From the IMG/VR virus record IMGVR_UViG_3300005805_000395, positions 1-26,770 of that record: a DNA stretch of 26,770 nt; one strand, written 5' to 3'. Of this stretch, positions 17,898 through 25,736 are shown in pieces (position 1 is the stretch's first letter; each line of letters begins with the position of its first letter). The position numbers and the translations under genes were made by a program. Source of the stretch: a virus (taxonomy: Duplodnaviria; Caudoviricetes). The notes below the pieces were generated by a model. It had not been told where the DNA came from, ran no database searches, and saw only the letters and a list, made by a program, of their open reading frames with translations.

Positions 17898-19478
17898 ATG
17901 AGCGAACAGCAAAAGTCTATTAAGGATATTATACGCGAGGAGTATAAGAAGTGTGCAACGAACCCTGCATACTTTATGAAAAAATACTGCTACATTCAAC
18001 ATCCTACGAAAGGAAAGATACCTTTTCACTTGTATCCATACCAAGAGGATGCTGTTGAGAAATTCACGCAATTCGACCGTAATATAATTTTAAAATCAAG
18101 ACAGCTTGGAATATCTACTTTGATAGCTGGATATTCTCTGTGGATGATTCTTTTTAATAATGACAAAAACATTTTAGTAGTTGCTATAGACCAAACGACA
18201 TCAAAGAATCTTGTAACAAAGGTTAGAGTAATGTTTGAGAATCTACCTTCGTGGCTTAAAATTAAATCAGCGGAAGATAATAAACTATCTCTAAGGCTGA
18301 TTAACGGTTCCCAAATTAAAGCAGTAGCATCAACCGGTACATCAGGACGTTCGGAAGCTTTATCGTTGGTTATCATTGATGAAGCAGCTTTCGTAGATAA
18401 TGCAGAGGAGTTGTGGGCTTCACTTCAACAAACTTTGTCAACTGGTGGTAGAGGTATAATTCTATCAACACCCAACGGTACTGGTAACTTCTTCCACAAA
18501 CTATGGACAGCTGCTGAAACTGGACAAAATAAATTCAACACGCTTAGACTTCCTTGGCAAGTACATCCCGAAAGAGATATTGCTTGGAGAAAGAGACAAG
18601 ACGAGGAGCTAGGAATAAGATTAGCAGCACAAGAATGTGATTGTGATTTCTCGACTTCAGGTAATACTGTAATTGATCCAACAATCTTAGCAGAACTGCT
18701 TAGAACTAATGCAAAAGATCCATTATATCAAAGAGGGTTTGACAATAATATATGGGTATGGTCTGCACCTGATTACTCTAGAGACTATATTGTAACAGCG
18801 GACGTTGCTAGAGGGGATGGAAGTGATTACTCGTCATTTCACATAATAGATGTTGAGACAACTGAGCAAGTTGCGGAGTATAAAGGGCAGCCTAACACGA
18901 AAGATTTTGGCAATATGCTCGTTTCAATCGCTACTGAGTATAATGATGCTTTGCTTGTAGTTGAAAATGCTAACGTAGGATGGGCAACTATCCAACAAAT
19001 AATAGAAAGAGGTTACAAGAACCTTTACTATAGTTACAAAGACAATGTATTTGACTCAGATGCATTCTTAACCAAAGGATATGATATTGTAAACAGATCT
19101 GACATGGTTGCCGGATTCACAATGAGTCATAAGATTAGACCACTAGTGATCTCTAAAATGGATTTGTATTTCAGAGAAAAATCATGTATAGTTCGCAGCA
19201 AGAGGCTTATAGATGAGCTTATGGTCTTCGTTTGGAAGAACGATAAACCACAAGCGCAACAAGGATACAATGATGACTTAGTTCTGTCATTTGCGCAAGG
19301 TCTATGGGTTAGGGATACAGCTCTAAAGTTAAGACAAGCTGGTATCGAGCTTAATAAAATGGCTGTTAATAACATACAAAGAACGGTGGCAATCAAAACA
19401 AGCACTCACTTAACAAGTAATCCATGGAAGATGGATTCTAAGGGAGGTAATCAGGAAGATATAACCTGGTTATTGTAG
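17898..19478 (+). CDS. terL: Terminase large subunit (T4 gp17-like)
   Basis: Adenine-binding LYPYQ; Walker A region KSRQLGIST; Walker B LVIIDEAAF; coupling motif STPNG; RNase H nuclease ADVARG...DDLV. Confidence 0.96.
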   Translation: MSEQQKSIKDIIREEYKKCATNPAYFMKKYCYIQHPTKGKIPFHLYPYQEDAVEKFTQFDRNIILKSRQLGISTLIAGYSLWMILFNNDKNILVVAIDQTTSKNLVTKVRVMFENLPSWLKIKSAEDNKLSLRLINGSQIKAVASTGTSGRSEALSLVIIDEAAFVDNAEELWASLQQTLSTGGRGIILSTPNGTGNFFHKLWTAAETGQNKFNTLRLPWQVHPERDIAWRKRQDEELGIRLAAQECDCDFSTSGNTVIDPTILAELLRTNAKDPLYQRGFDNNIWVWSAPDYSRDYIVTADVARGDGSDYSSFHIIDVETTEQVAEYKGQPNTKDFGNMLVSIATEYNDALLVVENANVGWATIQQIIERGYKNLYYSYKDNVFDSDAFLTKGYDIVNRSDMVAGFTMSHKIRPLVISKMDLYFREKSCIVRSKRLIDELMVFVWKNDKPQAQQGYNDDLVLSFAQGLWVRDTALKLRQAGIELNKMAVNNIQRTVAIKTSTHLTSNPWKMDSKGGNQEDITWLL

Positions 19479-19487
19479 TTTGCGCCA

Positions 19488-19495
19488 TATTTATA
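19488..19495 (+). promoter_or_regulatory. TATTTATA putative late-promoter motif
   Basis: Intergenic, 13 nt before portal ATG 19509. Confidence 0.65.
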
Positions 19496-19508
19496 AAAAA
19501 TAGTGTAA

Positions 19509-21329
19509 ATGGCGGAAAACAACCTGTTCAGCAGATTAAAGAGACTGTTTAGTACCGACGTAATAATTAGAAACGTTGGCGGAAATCAACTAAAGGTTAT
19601 AGACACGGATCGAATTCAGTCTGCTGGTAATATTGAGACCAACAGGAGGGTTGATAGGTGGTCTAGAGTTTACCAACACACACCAGGACTAAGTTACTAC
19701 CAAGGCCAACTACTTCACAGCTCCAGAATTGAGCTGTTCCGTGATTATGAGGCAATGGATACGGATAGTATTATTGCAAGTGCTTTAGATCTATACGCAG
19801 ATGAGTGTACATCCAGAGATGAGTTTGGCGATGTATTAACAATAAGATCTCAGAATGAAAGAATAAATAAAGTTTTGCGTAACTTATTTTATGACATTCT
19901 GAACATTGAGTTCAATATGTGGCCTTGGACACGTAACATGTTGAAGTATGGTGATTTCTACCTTCACTTGAATATAGCTGATAAGTTTGGTGTGATTGGA
20001 GCGGACCCCATCTCTGCATATGAAATGATAAGAGAGGAGATGTTCGACCCTGAAAATCCACATAGAGTGCGATTCAAGAGAGATGTATCAGCGATAAGCG
20101 GATTTGCAACAATCAACCAAAACGGTGAAGAATACGACAATTACGAAGTAGCACATTTTAGGTTATTAACCGATACCAACTTTTTACCATATGGTCGATC
20201 ACTGATCGAGCCATCAAGGAAGGTTTGGAAGCAGATCGTATTAATGGAAGATGCGATGTTAATTCATCGTATTATGAGAGCACCTGATAAACGTGTTTTC
20301 AAAATAGATATAGGAAATATCCCACCAAACGAAGTTGAAGCCTTTATGGAGCTTACCATCAACAAGATGAAGAAAGTTCCATACATGGATCCTGAAACTG
20401 GTCAGTACAATCTAAAGTTCAACATGCAAAACATGCTAGAAGATTTCTACATGCCAGTGCGCGGTGGAGAGAGTGGAACTTCAATAGAAAACCTCACAGG
20501 ACTAAACTTTGATAGTATACAAGATATAGAGTACTTGAAAAATAGGCTTTTGGGTTCACTGAAGATACCAAAAGCTTATCTTGGATTTGAAGAAGATACC
20601 ACAGGTAAAGCAACATTAGCTTCACAGGATTTTCGCTTTGCAAGAACGGTAGAAAGGATTCAGAGAATTATAGTTTCTGAATTATACAAAATAGCAATTA
20701 TTCACTTATACGCGCAAGGATTTACAGAGGAGGAAGTGGTTGACTTTGAATTAAGCTTCACTGCTCCATCAACAGTTTATGAAAAAGAAAAGGTTGAATT
20801 GTGGACTAACAAGATGACTCTTGCTGGAGACATGATGGAGAAAAACTTGTTCAGCAAGCAGTGGATATATGAAAATCTATTCAATCTGTCACCAGAGCAG
20901 TACGCAAAAGAACTAGAAAGGATAGTTAGCGACAATAAAGATACTTTCCGCATAGAGCAGATAAAGACTGAGGGTAATGATCCAATCAAAACAGGTCAAT
21001 CATTTGGTACACCACACGACTTAGCAAGTCTGTACAAAGGTAGTGGAGGTGTTCCTAAAGGTTATGATGAACGCGAACCTGCACCTCCTGGAGGTTGGCC
21101 TGGATCAGGAAGACCAGAAGAGCCAGGAACATATGGCACTCATCAGCATCCACTTGGATGGGATCCGTTAGGAGCAAAAGCAATCAGAAGAGTCTATGAA
21201 ACATCAGATGCAGTAACCGCTGCAAGTAAGTTAAAAAACTACAAAACAAAAGCAATCAAACAGACAATTCTTGAACAAAAAGAGACTAAGAAGAGTATGT
21301 TAGATGAATCTGGATTAATAGACGAATAA
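19509..21329 (+). CDS. gp20: Portal protein (T4 gp20-like)
   Basis: MEDAMLIHRIMRAPDKRVFKIDIGNIP and MLEDFYMPVRGG..GTSIENL, DIEYLKNRL..SLKIP match gp20-family motifs; follows terL. Confidence 0.94.
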   Translation: MAENNLFSRLKRLFSTDVIIRNVGGNQLKVIDTDRIQSAGNIETNRRVDRWSRVYQHTPGLSYYQGQLLHSSRIELFRDYEAMDTDSIIASALDLYADECTSRDEFGDVLTIRSQNERINKVLRNLFYDILNIEFNMWPWTRNMLKYGDFYLHLNIADKFGVIGADPISAYEMIREEMFDPENPHRVRFKRDVSAISGFATINQNGEEYDNYEVAHFRLLTDTNFLPYGRSLIEPSRKVWKQIVLMEDAMLIHRIMRAPDKRVFKIDIGNIPPNEVEAFMELTINKMKKVPYMDPETGQYNLKFNMQNMLEDFYMPVRGGESGTSIENLTGLNFDSIQDIEYLKNRLLGSLKIPKAYLGFEEDTTGKATLASQDFRFARTVERIQRIIVSELYKIAIIHLYAQGFTEEEVVDFELSFTAPSTVYEKEKVELWTNKMTLAGDMMEKNLFSKQWIYENLFNLSPEQYAKELERIVSDNKDTFRIEQIKTEGNDPIKTGQSFGTPHDLASLYKGSGGVPKGYDEREPAPPGGWPGSGRPEEPGTYGTHQHPLGWDPLGAKAIRRVYETSDAVTAASKLKNYKTKAIKQTILEQKETKKSMLDESGLIDE

Positions 21330-21332
21330 CGA

Positions 21333-21340
21333 TATTTATA
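21333..21340 (+). promoter_or_regulatory. TATTTATA putative late-promoter motif
   Basis: In a 14-nt gap, 3 nt before ATG 21344. Confidence 0.65.
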
Positions 21341-21343
21341 TAC

Positions 21344-22207
21344 ATGAAAAAATCAACCCATTCTAAGATTAAAAACACAGCAATACTATTTGAATTGCTA
21401 ACAAGGCAGATAGCAGCGGATACGATTCAGGGTAGAGATAATTCACCTGCCATTAAAATAATTAAAGAGTACTTTAATGGTAAAACAGGTTTAGCAAAGG
21501 AGCTGGCTTTGTATCAATCGCTGATAAACGAAAGTTACAAGTCAAAAGAAAAAGCAAATTATCTAATAAATGCTGTGTTAAAGGCTAGAAAAAGCATAGA
21601 CTTAGATAAGTTGAGAACGGAAAAGTATAACTTAATAAAAGAAGTAAAGAATCACTACGATCTTGAATCCTTCTTCAAGACAACTCTAACAGACTATAAG
21701 TTATATGCGTCTATATACAGAGTATTTGAAGGCAATGCGTCAGTTAATCCAAATGAGTTGGTTAATAGCAGGTTCACTATTATTGAGCACATCGTAGATA
21801 AAAAGAAGCCAAGGGTAGAGGATGGTTCAATTAAAAAGATATTGAACGAGTACACAAACCAAGACGAGACAGTTAGACTCCTAGCCTACAGATTACTAGT
21901 TGATAAATTCAACGACAAATATAAGAATTTGTCTGATAAACAGAAAGGTATTTTAAAGGAATATATTAACAATGTATCCAACACCGTAACATTGAAGGGA
22001 TTTGTTGTTACCGAAGCTGCTACAATTAAAAAGGCTCTGTTAAAACAATCAACCGCAGTACAAGATAAAGTTGTTAAGATCAAGTTAAATGAGGTTATAA
22101 ACTTGCTTGGCAAGTATGATAAGATTAAAACGGTTAACGAAAACCATATCTTATCCCTCCTATTATACTATGAACTACATAAGGAACTGAAAAATGCTGT
22201 CAAATAA
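21344..22207 (+). CDS. Alpha-helical head-module protein (possible prohead core component)
   Basis: 287 aa between portal and protease; HSKIKNTAILFELL N-terminus; function inferred from position only. Confidence 0.55.
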   Translation: MKKSTHSKIKNTAILFELLTRQIAADTIQGRDNSPAIKIIKEYFNGKTGLAKELALYQSLINESYKSKEKANYLINAVLKARKSIDLDKLRTEKYNLIKEVKNHYDLESFFKTTLTDYKLYASIYRVFEGNASVNPNELVNSRFTIIEHIVDKKKPRVEDGSIKKILNEYTNQDETVRLLAYRLLVDKFNDKYKNLSDKQKGILKEYINNVSNTVTLKGFVVTEAATIKKALLKQSTAVQDKVVKIKLNEVINLLGKYDKIKTVNENHILSLLLYYELHKELKNAVK

Positions 22208-22892
22208 ACAACTAGCCGAGGTAAAAAAGTTTGTAAAAAAAGTAAGCAAGCTAAAAAAAGAGGGTAGCACTACAGCTGGTGCACCTGGATATCAAACACC
22301 ACAAGCGTTTACTGGGGATCCTAGTGGAGAAGGAGCTTCTGATTTGAAGAGGATAACTCGTGCAACTGCATATGATATTAAGGCCAAGAAGACTAGAAGG
22401 CATTCAGTTGACTTGCATGAAATAACATACAAGGAGTTTAAGAACGACGAATCGAAATCCACAGTTAAAAAAGTAAATGAGTCTATCATTGAAATTAACA
22501 GAAGACTGAGAGAGATTAACAGATTACTAACTCACTCAAGCAAACTAAAGACAGAATCTAGTCTTGATGATACGGCACTGTGGAAAAAGACAAATGAAGC
22601 ACTGCTCAAAATATCCGACAGAATGACGGAGATAGCAACTAAAACGAGACAATTTGCAGACCTCAAAGAAATAAGAACAAATGCAGGTGTGGAAAGTGTA
22701 TTTAAGTCGGCAGGACTGAAAGCAACTATTACAAAGGACTCAGATGGATTGCATGTTGATGTTGATCACTTCGGAGAGCCTGTTGGGTTTGACATAGTTG
22801 GAACTAAGATACTTGACGATCGTGGAGAGGAGATTGGTGATATGGGAGACAGCGACATTGTTGAGAAATTAAAAGGTTATTTTAATGCTTAA
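22194..22892 (+). CDS. Head-module protein, putative internal/core protein
   Basis: 232 aa; several hydrophobic-x-E sites (LHE, VNE, LKE); coiled-coil middle; KEGSTTAG resembles the MCP processing region. Confidence 0.55.
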   Translation: MLSNKQLAEVKKFVKKVSKLKKEGSTTAGAPGYQTPQAFTGDPSGEGASDLKRITRATAYDIKAKKTRRHSVDLHEITYKEFKNDESKSTVKKVNESIIEINRRLREINRLLTHSSKLKTESSLDDTALWKKTNEALLKISDRMTEIATKTRQFADLKEIRTNAGVESVFKSAGLKATITKDSDGLHVDVDHFGEPVGFDIVGTKILDDRGEEIGDMGDSDIVEKLKGYFNA

Positions 22893-22894
22893 CA

Positions 22895-22902
22895 TATTTA
22901 TA
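22895..22902 (+). promoter_or_regulatory. TATTTATA putative late-promoter motif
   Basis: Intergenic, 7 nt before protease ATG 22910. Confidence 0.65.
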
Positions 22903-22909
22903 AGAAAAA

Positions 22910-23512
22910 ATGGATAGTAAAAGGCTGTTAGTTGATTATGTTGGGTCTTTTGAGCTTACACCTCAACAGATCAACGAGTCTATGGTTCAAAACGACGGCA
23001 AACTAATGCTTAGTGGTATAATGCAACGCTGTGACTCACTTAACCAGAACGGTAGAAAGTATCCAGTAGATATACTAAGGAGAGAAGCGGATAAGTACAG
23101 GAGTGTATTTATAAAAGAGCGCAGAGCATTGGGTGAATTAGATCACCCAGAAAGCCCAGTAGTTAACCTCAGCAACGTATCTCATAACGTATTGGATCTT
23201 TGGTGGGACGGTAATAACTTGATGGGAAAGATAGAGATACTCGGTACACCATCAGGCAACATAGCAAAAGAGCTATTAAAAGCCGGTATTAGATTGGGTA
23301 TATCCTCAAGAGGAATGGGATCTGTAAAAGCCATTGGAGAAGGTAAAGTAGAAGTACAAGATGATTTTGAAATCGTGTGCTGGGATCTGGTATCTAATCC
23401 AAGCACGCAAGGAGCTTTTATGAATCAGCTAAATGAAAATAAGAACACACAAACCGCAGCTAAATACGGTAAGGTGAATGAACTCATTAACGATATTATA
23501 ACATTGATTTGA
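22910..23512 (+). CDS. gp21: Prohead core protease (T4 gp21-like)
   Basis: NQNGRKYP, ALGELDHP (His), GISSRGMG (Ser), WDLVSNPS (Asp). Confidence 0.94.
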   Translation: MDSKRLLVDYVGSFELTPQQINESMVQNDGKLMLSGIMQRCDSLNQNGRKYPVDILRREADKYRSVFIKERRALGELDHPESPVVNLSNVSHNVLDLWWDGNNLMGKIEILGTPSGNIAKELLKAGIRLGISSRGMGSVKAIGEGKVEVQDDFEIVCWDLVSNPSTQGAFMNQLNENKNTQTAAKYGKVNELINDIITLI

Positions 23513-23514
23513 CA

Positions 23515-23883
23515 ATGAAATTAAAAAACCTACTCGACGAAAATTTTAATAGCGGTAATAAGAAGACTTCTATTGATGAGAAAGCTGCCTTTTTAGATGA
23601 AATAAAGCAATTCAACCAATTTGGTTCCATTGTGTACAGAACAGAGGATTTAAAGAAGGTTGCAGAAGCAATATCGCAGCTTGCAGAAAAGGCAGAGATG
23701 ATCACTTTGCAAGAAACAGAAGATTGGTTTGATGAAGTCACTGTTAAAAAGAACATGAGAGGATTAAAATCCAATGTTAAGGAGTTTAATAGATCTGTAG
23801 CAGAAATCTCAAAACTGCAACAAAGACTTGAGTCAATATACGAAGAGATTGGACATACTTTAGGTAGATACTATGAACTCTAA
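23515..23883 (+). CDS. Coiled-coil head-module protein, putative internal/core protein
   Basis: ATG 23515 preferred to TTG 23509; leader MKLKNLLDE; ends LGRYYEL. Confidence 0.65.
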   Translation: MKLKNLLDENFNSGNKKTSIDEKAAFLDEIKQFNQFGSIVYRTEDLKKVAEAISQLAEKAEMITLQETEDWFDEVTVKKNMRGLKSNVKEFNRSVAEISKLQQRLESIYEEIGHTLGRYYEL

Positions 23884-24073
23884 AATAAACCAGCTTCGAG
23901 AGCTAATTCGTAAAGAAATCAGATCTGCAATTAAGGAAGCAGACGCAGCATCCCTTACTAAACAGTCAACAGATTTATCGACTAAAATACTAAAGTTGAA
24001 GCAAGATAAAGCTAAGATCGATAAGCAGAAGGCAGATCAAGAAGTTGCAGACGAAAAAAAGAAAACACAATAA
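23873..24073 (+). CDS. Small coiled-coil protein, putative internal head protein
   Basis: 66 aa; LRELIRKEIRSAIKEA helix. Confidence 0.6.
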   Translation: MNSKINQLRELIRKEIRSAIKEADAASLTKQSTDLSTKILKLKQDKAKIDKQKADQEVADEKKKTQ

Positions 24074-24074
24074 C

Positions 24075-24455
24075 ATGAAACTAATATCACTACTACCAAT
24101 AAACTTACGTGAAGCAGAGGACGAAGAGGGCGGAGAAGAGGAAGCTGGAGCAAATCCTTTTGCTGCTGCATCAGGCGAAGGTGGTGAAGAGGGTGAAGCT
24201 GAAGGAGGTGAAGGCGATGCAGAAGCTGATGCAGGCGCTGAAGGTGGTGCTGAAGAAGGTGGTGAGGAAGGTGGTGAATCTAGCGAAGAACTTAAATCGC
24301 TAGAAGTTAGTTTTGACCCTAGCAAGGTTAGAAAGTATAATGATTTGACTTTTAACGGTAATAAGGGCACAGTAACTAACGTTTCTCGATTTGGTATATC
24401 GGTAAAATTACCGGACGAGAAGACGGTATTCGTTAATTTTGACGATATATTATAA
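24075..24455 (+). CDS. Glu/Gly-rich acidic protein with small C-terminal beta domain, putative internal head protein
   Basis: ATG 24075 just after upstream TAA; leader MKLISLLPINLREA; C-terminal KGTVTNVSRFGISVKLPDEKTVFVNFDDI. Confidence 0.62.
   Translation: MKLISLLPINLREAEDEEGGEEEAGANPFAAASGEGGEEGEAEGGEGDAEADAGAEGGAEEGGEEGGESSEELKSLEVSFDPSKVRKYNDLTFNGNKGTVTNVSRFGISVKLPDEKTVFVNFDDIL
24112..24290 (+). repeat. Low-complexity coding repeat (GAAGG/GGTG-rich; poly E/G/A)
   Basis: Imperfect GAAGGTGGTG units encoding EGGEE/EGGAE. Confidence 0.6.
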
Positions 24456-24485
24456 TAATTTAGTACAAAAAACTTTTTTTTCTTA

Positions 24486-24568
24486 ATTTGTCTATATTTA
24501 TAGACGAATACACTATTAACTAATATAGTGTTTTTTACATTAACGTATTGTGACTTAAATAGTCATAG
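24486..24568 (+). promoter_or_regulatory. Late-promoter motif plus three tandem inverted repeats upstream of scaffold/MCP
   Basis: GTCTATA-TT-TATAGAC (24490-24505) containing TATTTATA (24495-24502); ACACTAT-N8-ATAGTGT (24510-24531) then T run; TGTGACT-TAAAT-AGTCATA (24549-24567). Confidence 0.6.
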
Positions 24569-24585
24569 AAATCCTAAAATTAATT

Positions 24586-25731
24586 ATGAACAAATTATTG
24601 AAAGACGCTATTGCGGATGCAAAAGCTGTACGTGAAACAGCATTAGCTCAAGCAAAGTTAGCTCTCGAAGAAGCGTTCGCACCAAAGCTGCAGTCAATGC
24701 TCTCTAACAAAATTAAAGAAGAGATGCAAGACGAAGAGCCAATGGACGACGAATCAATGAGAATGAAAGAGCTAGCTGGCTTAGGTGAGGCTGAAGATGA
24801 AATGGATGCCGACTTAGAAGGCGGCGATGACATGGGTGACCTTGAAGACATGGGTGACGAAGAAGGAATGGAAGATAACACATTTAGTGTTAACGGACAG
24901 GAATTCGAAGTTAATCCTGTTGGAGGTGACGACATGGAAGGCGACATGGAAGACATGGGCGATGACATGGGCGACATGGGTGGTGAAGAAGATGAGGATT
25001 TAGCCGAAATCTTGCGCCAACTTGAAGAAGAAGACATGAATCCCCAAGACGACGAAGTCGAAAACGAATTCCATGAGGGAGCTGCACAAGATCCTAACGC
25101 TAGCAAAGAAGAAGATGACTTCTGGAAGTACATGAACAGCTTAGAGGAAACAACACCAGAAATGAAAGGTGACTATAAGCCAGAAGATGACGAAGAAGTA
25201 AATCTTGACGAACTGATCCAAGCTCTTAGAGAGGGTGAAGATGAGGACGAAGAAAATGCTAACAAAATGGATGAAGTAGCTGGCGACGAAGAGTACAAAA
25301 AAGCATCTGACCAAGCAATGGATACCGCTAAAGGTAGTCATGGCAATGTTGTAGAAATGAAAAAGAAGATGAAGAAGATGGAAGAAGAAATTAACGAAGC
25401 CTACACAGCTGTTAAGTTCCTTCGTGAAAAGCTGTCTGAAGTTAATCTTCTTAACGCTAAGTTGCTCTATGTTAACAAGCTGTTTAGAAAGAACGGACTT
25501 TCTGAGAACCAAAAGATCAAGATCATTGAAACTTTTGATCGTGCAAAGAACGTACGTGAAGCTAAACTTATCTTCGCAACCTTGTCTGAGTCCTTTAACT
25601 CACAAGTAAAAACAAAAAAGCCTGTAGTTGAGAACTTTGCTTCTGCTCCTGTAAAGAAAACAAAAGTAATCGCTGAAGGCAACGAACAAATGAATAGATT
25701 TAAACAATTAGCAGGAATCATCAAATCTTAA
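24586..25731 (+). CDS. gp22: Prohead scaffold protein (T4 gp22-like role)
   Basis: Directly upstream of MCP; LLKDAIADAKAVRETAL N-terminus, very acidic middle, C-terminal coiled coil LSEVNLLNAKLLY and RFKQLAGII; many L-x-E sites. Confidence 0.82.
   Translation: MNKLLKDAIADAKAVRETALAQAKLALEEAFAPKLQSMLSNKIKEEMQDEEPMDDESMRMKELAGLGEAEDEMDADLEGGDDMGDLEDMGDEEGMEDNTFSVNGQEFEVNPVGGDDMEGDMEDMGDDMGDMGGEEDEDLAEILRQLEEEDMNPQDDEVENEFHEGAAQDPNASKEEDDFWKYMNSLEETTPEMKGDYKPEDDEEVNLDELIQALREGEDEDEENANKMDEVAGDEEYKKASDQAMDTAKGSHGNVVEMKKKMKKMEEEINEAYTAVKFLREKLSEVNLLNAKLLYVNKLFRKNGLSENQKIKIIETFDRAKNVREAKLIFATLSESFNSQVKTKKPVVENFASAPVKKTKVIAEGNEQMNRFKQLAGIIKS
24826..24985 (+). repeat. Imperfect GACATGG(G/A) coding repeats (D-M-G/D-M-E) in scaffold
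   Basis: GACATGGGT/GACATGGAA/GACATGGGC recur about seven times. Confidence 0.6.
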
Positions 25732-25736
25732 TAACT

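Noticed and set aside
23106-23113. Extra TATTTATA inside the protease gene
   Set aside because: About 400 nt from the next start; compatible with chance in AT-rich coding DNA, though an internal promoter is not excluded
17898-23512. Introns or inteins in terL, portal, protease
   Set aside because: ORFs are continuous and of normal size; no intein or homing-endonuclease motifs seen
24055-24078. A AAA AAG slippery heptamer near the end of the 23873 ORF
   Set aside because: The -1 frame stops at TGA 24076-24078 and does not fuse to the next gene; no stimulatory structure seen
24467-24481. A6-C-T8 tract as intrinsic terminator
   Set aside because: No GC-containing stem or adequate loop; more likely an AT-rich upstream promoter element
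24112-24985. GAAGGTGGT and GACATGG repeats as CRISPR or regulatory arrays
   Set aside because: Short, imperfect, in-frame codon repeats encoding acidic low-complexity protein; no repeat-spacer periodicity
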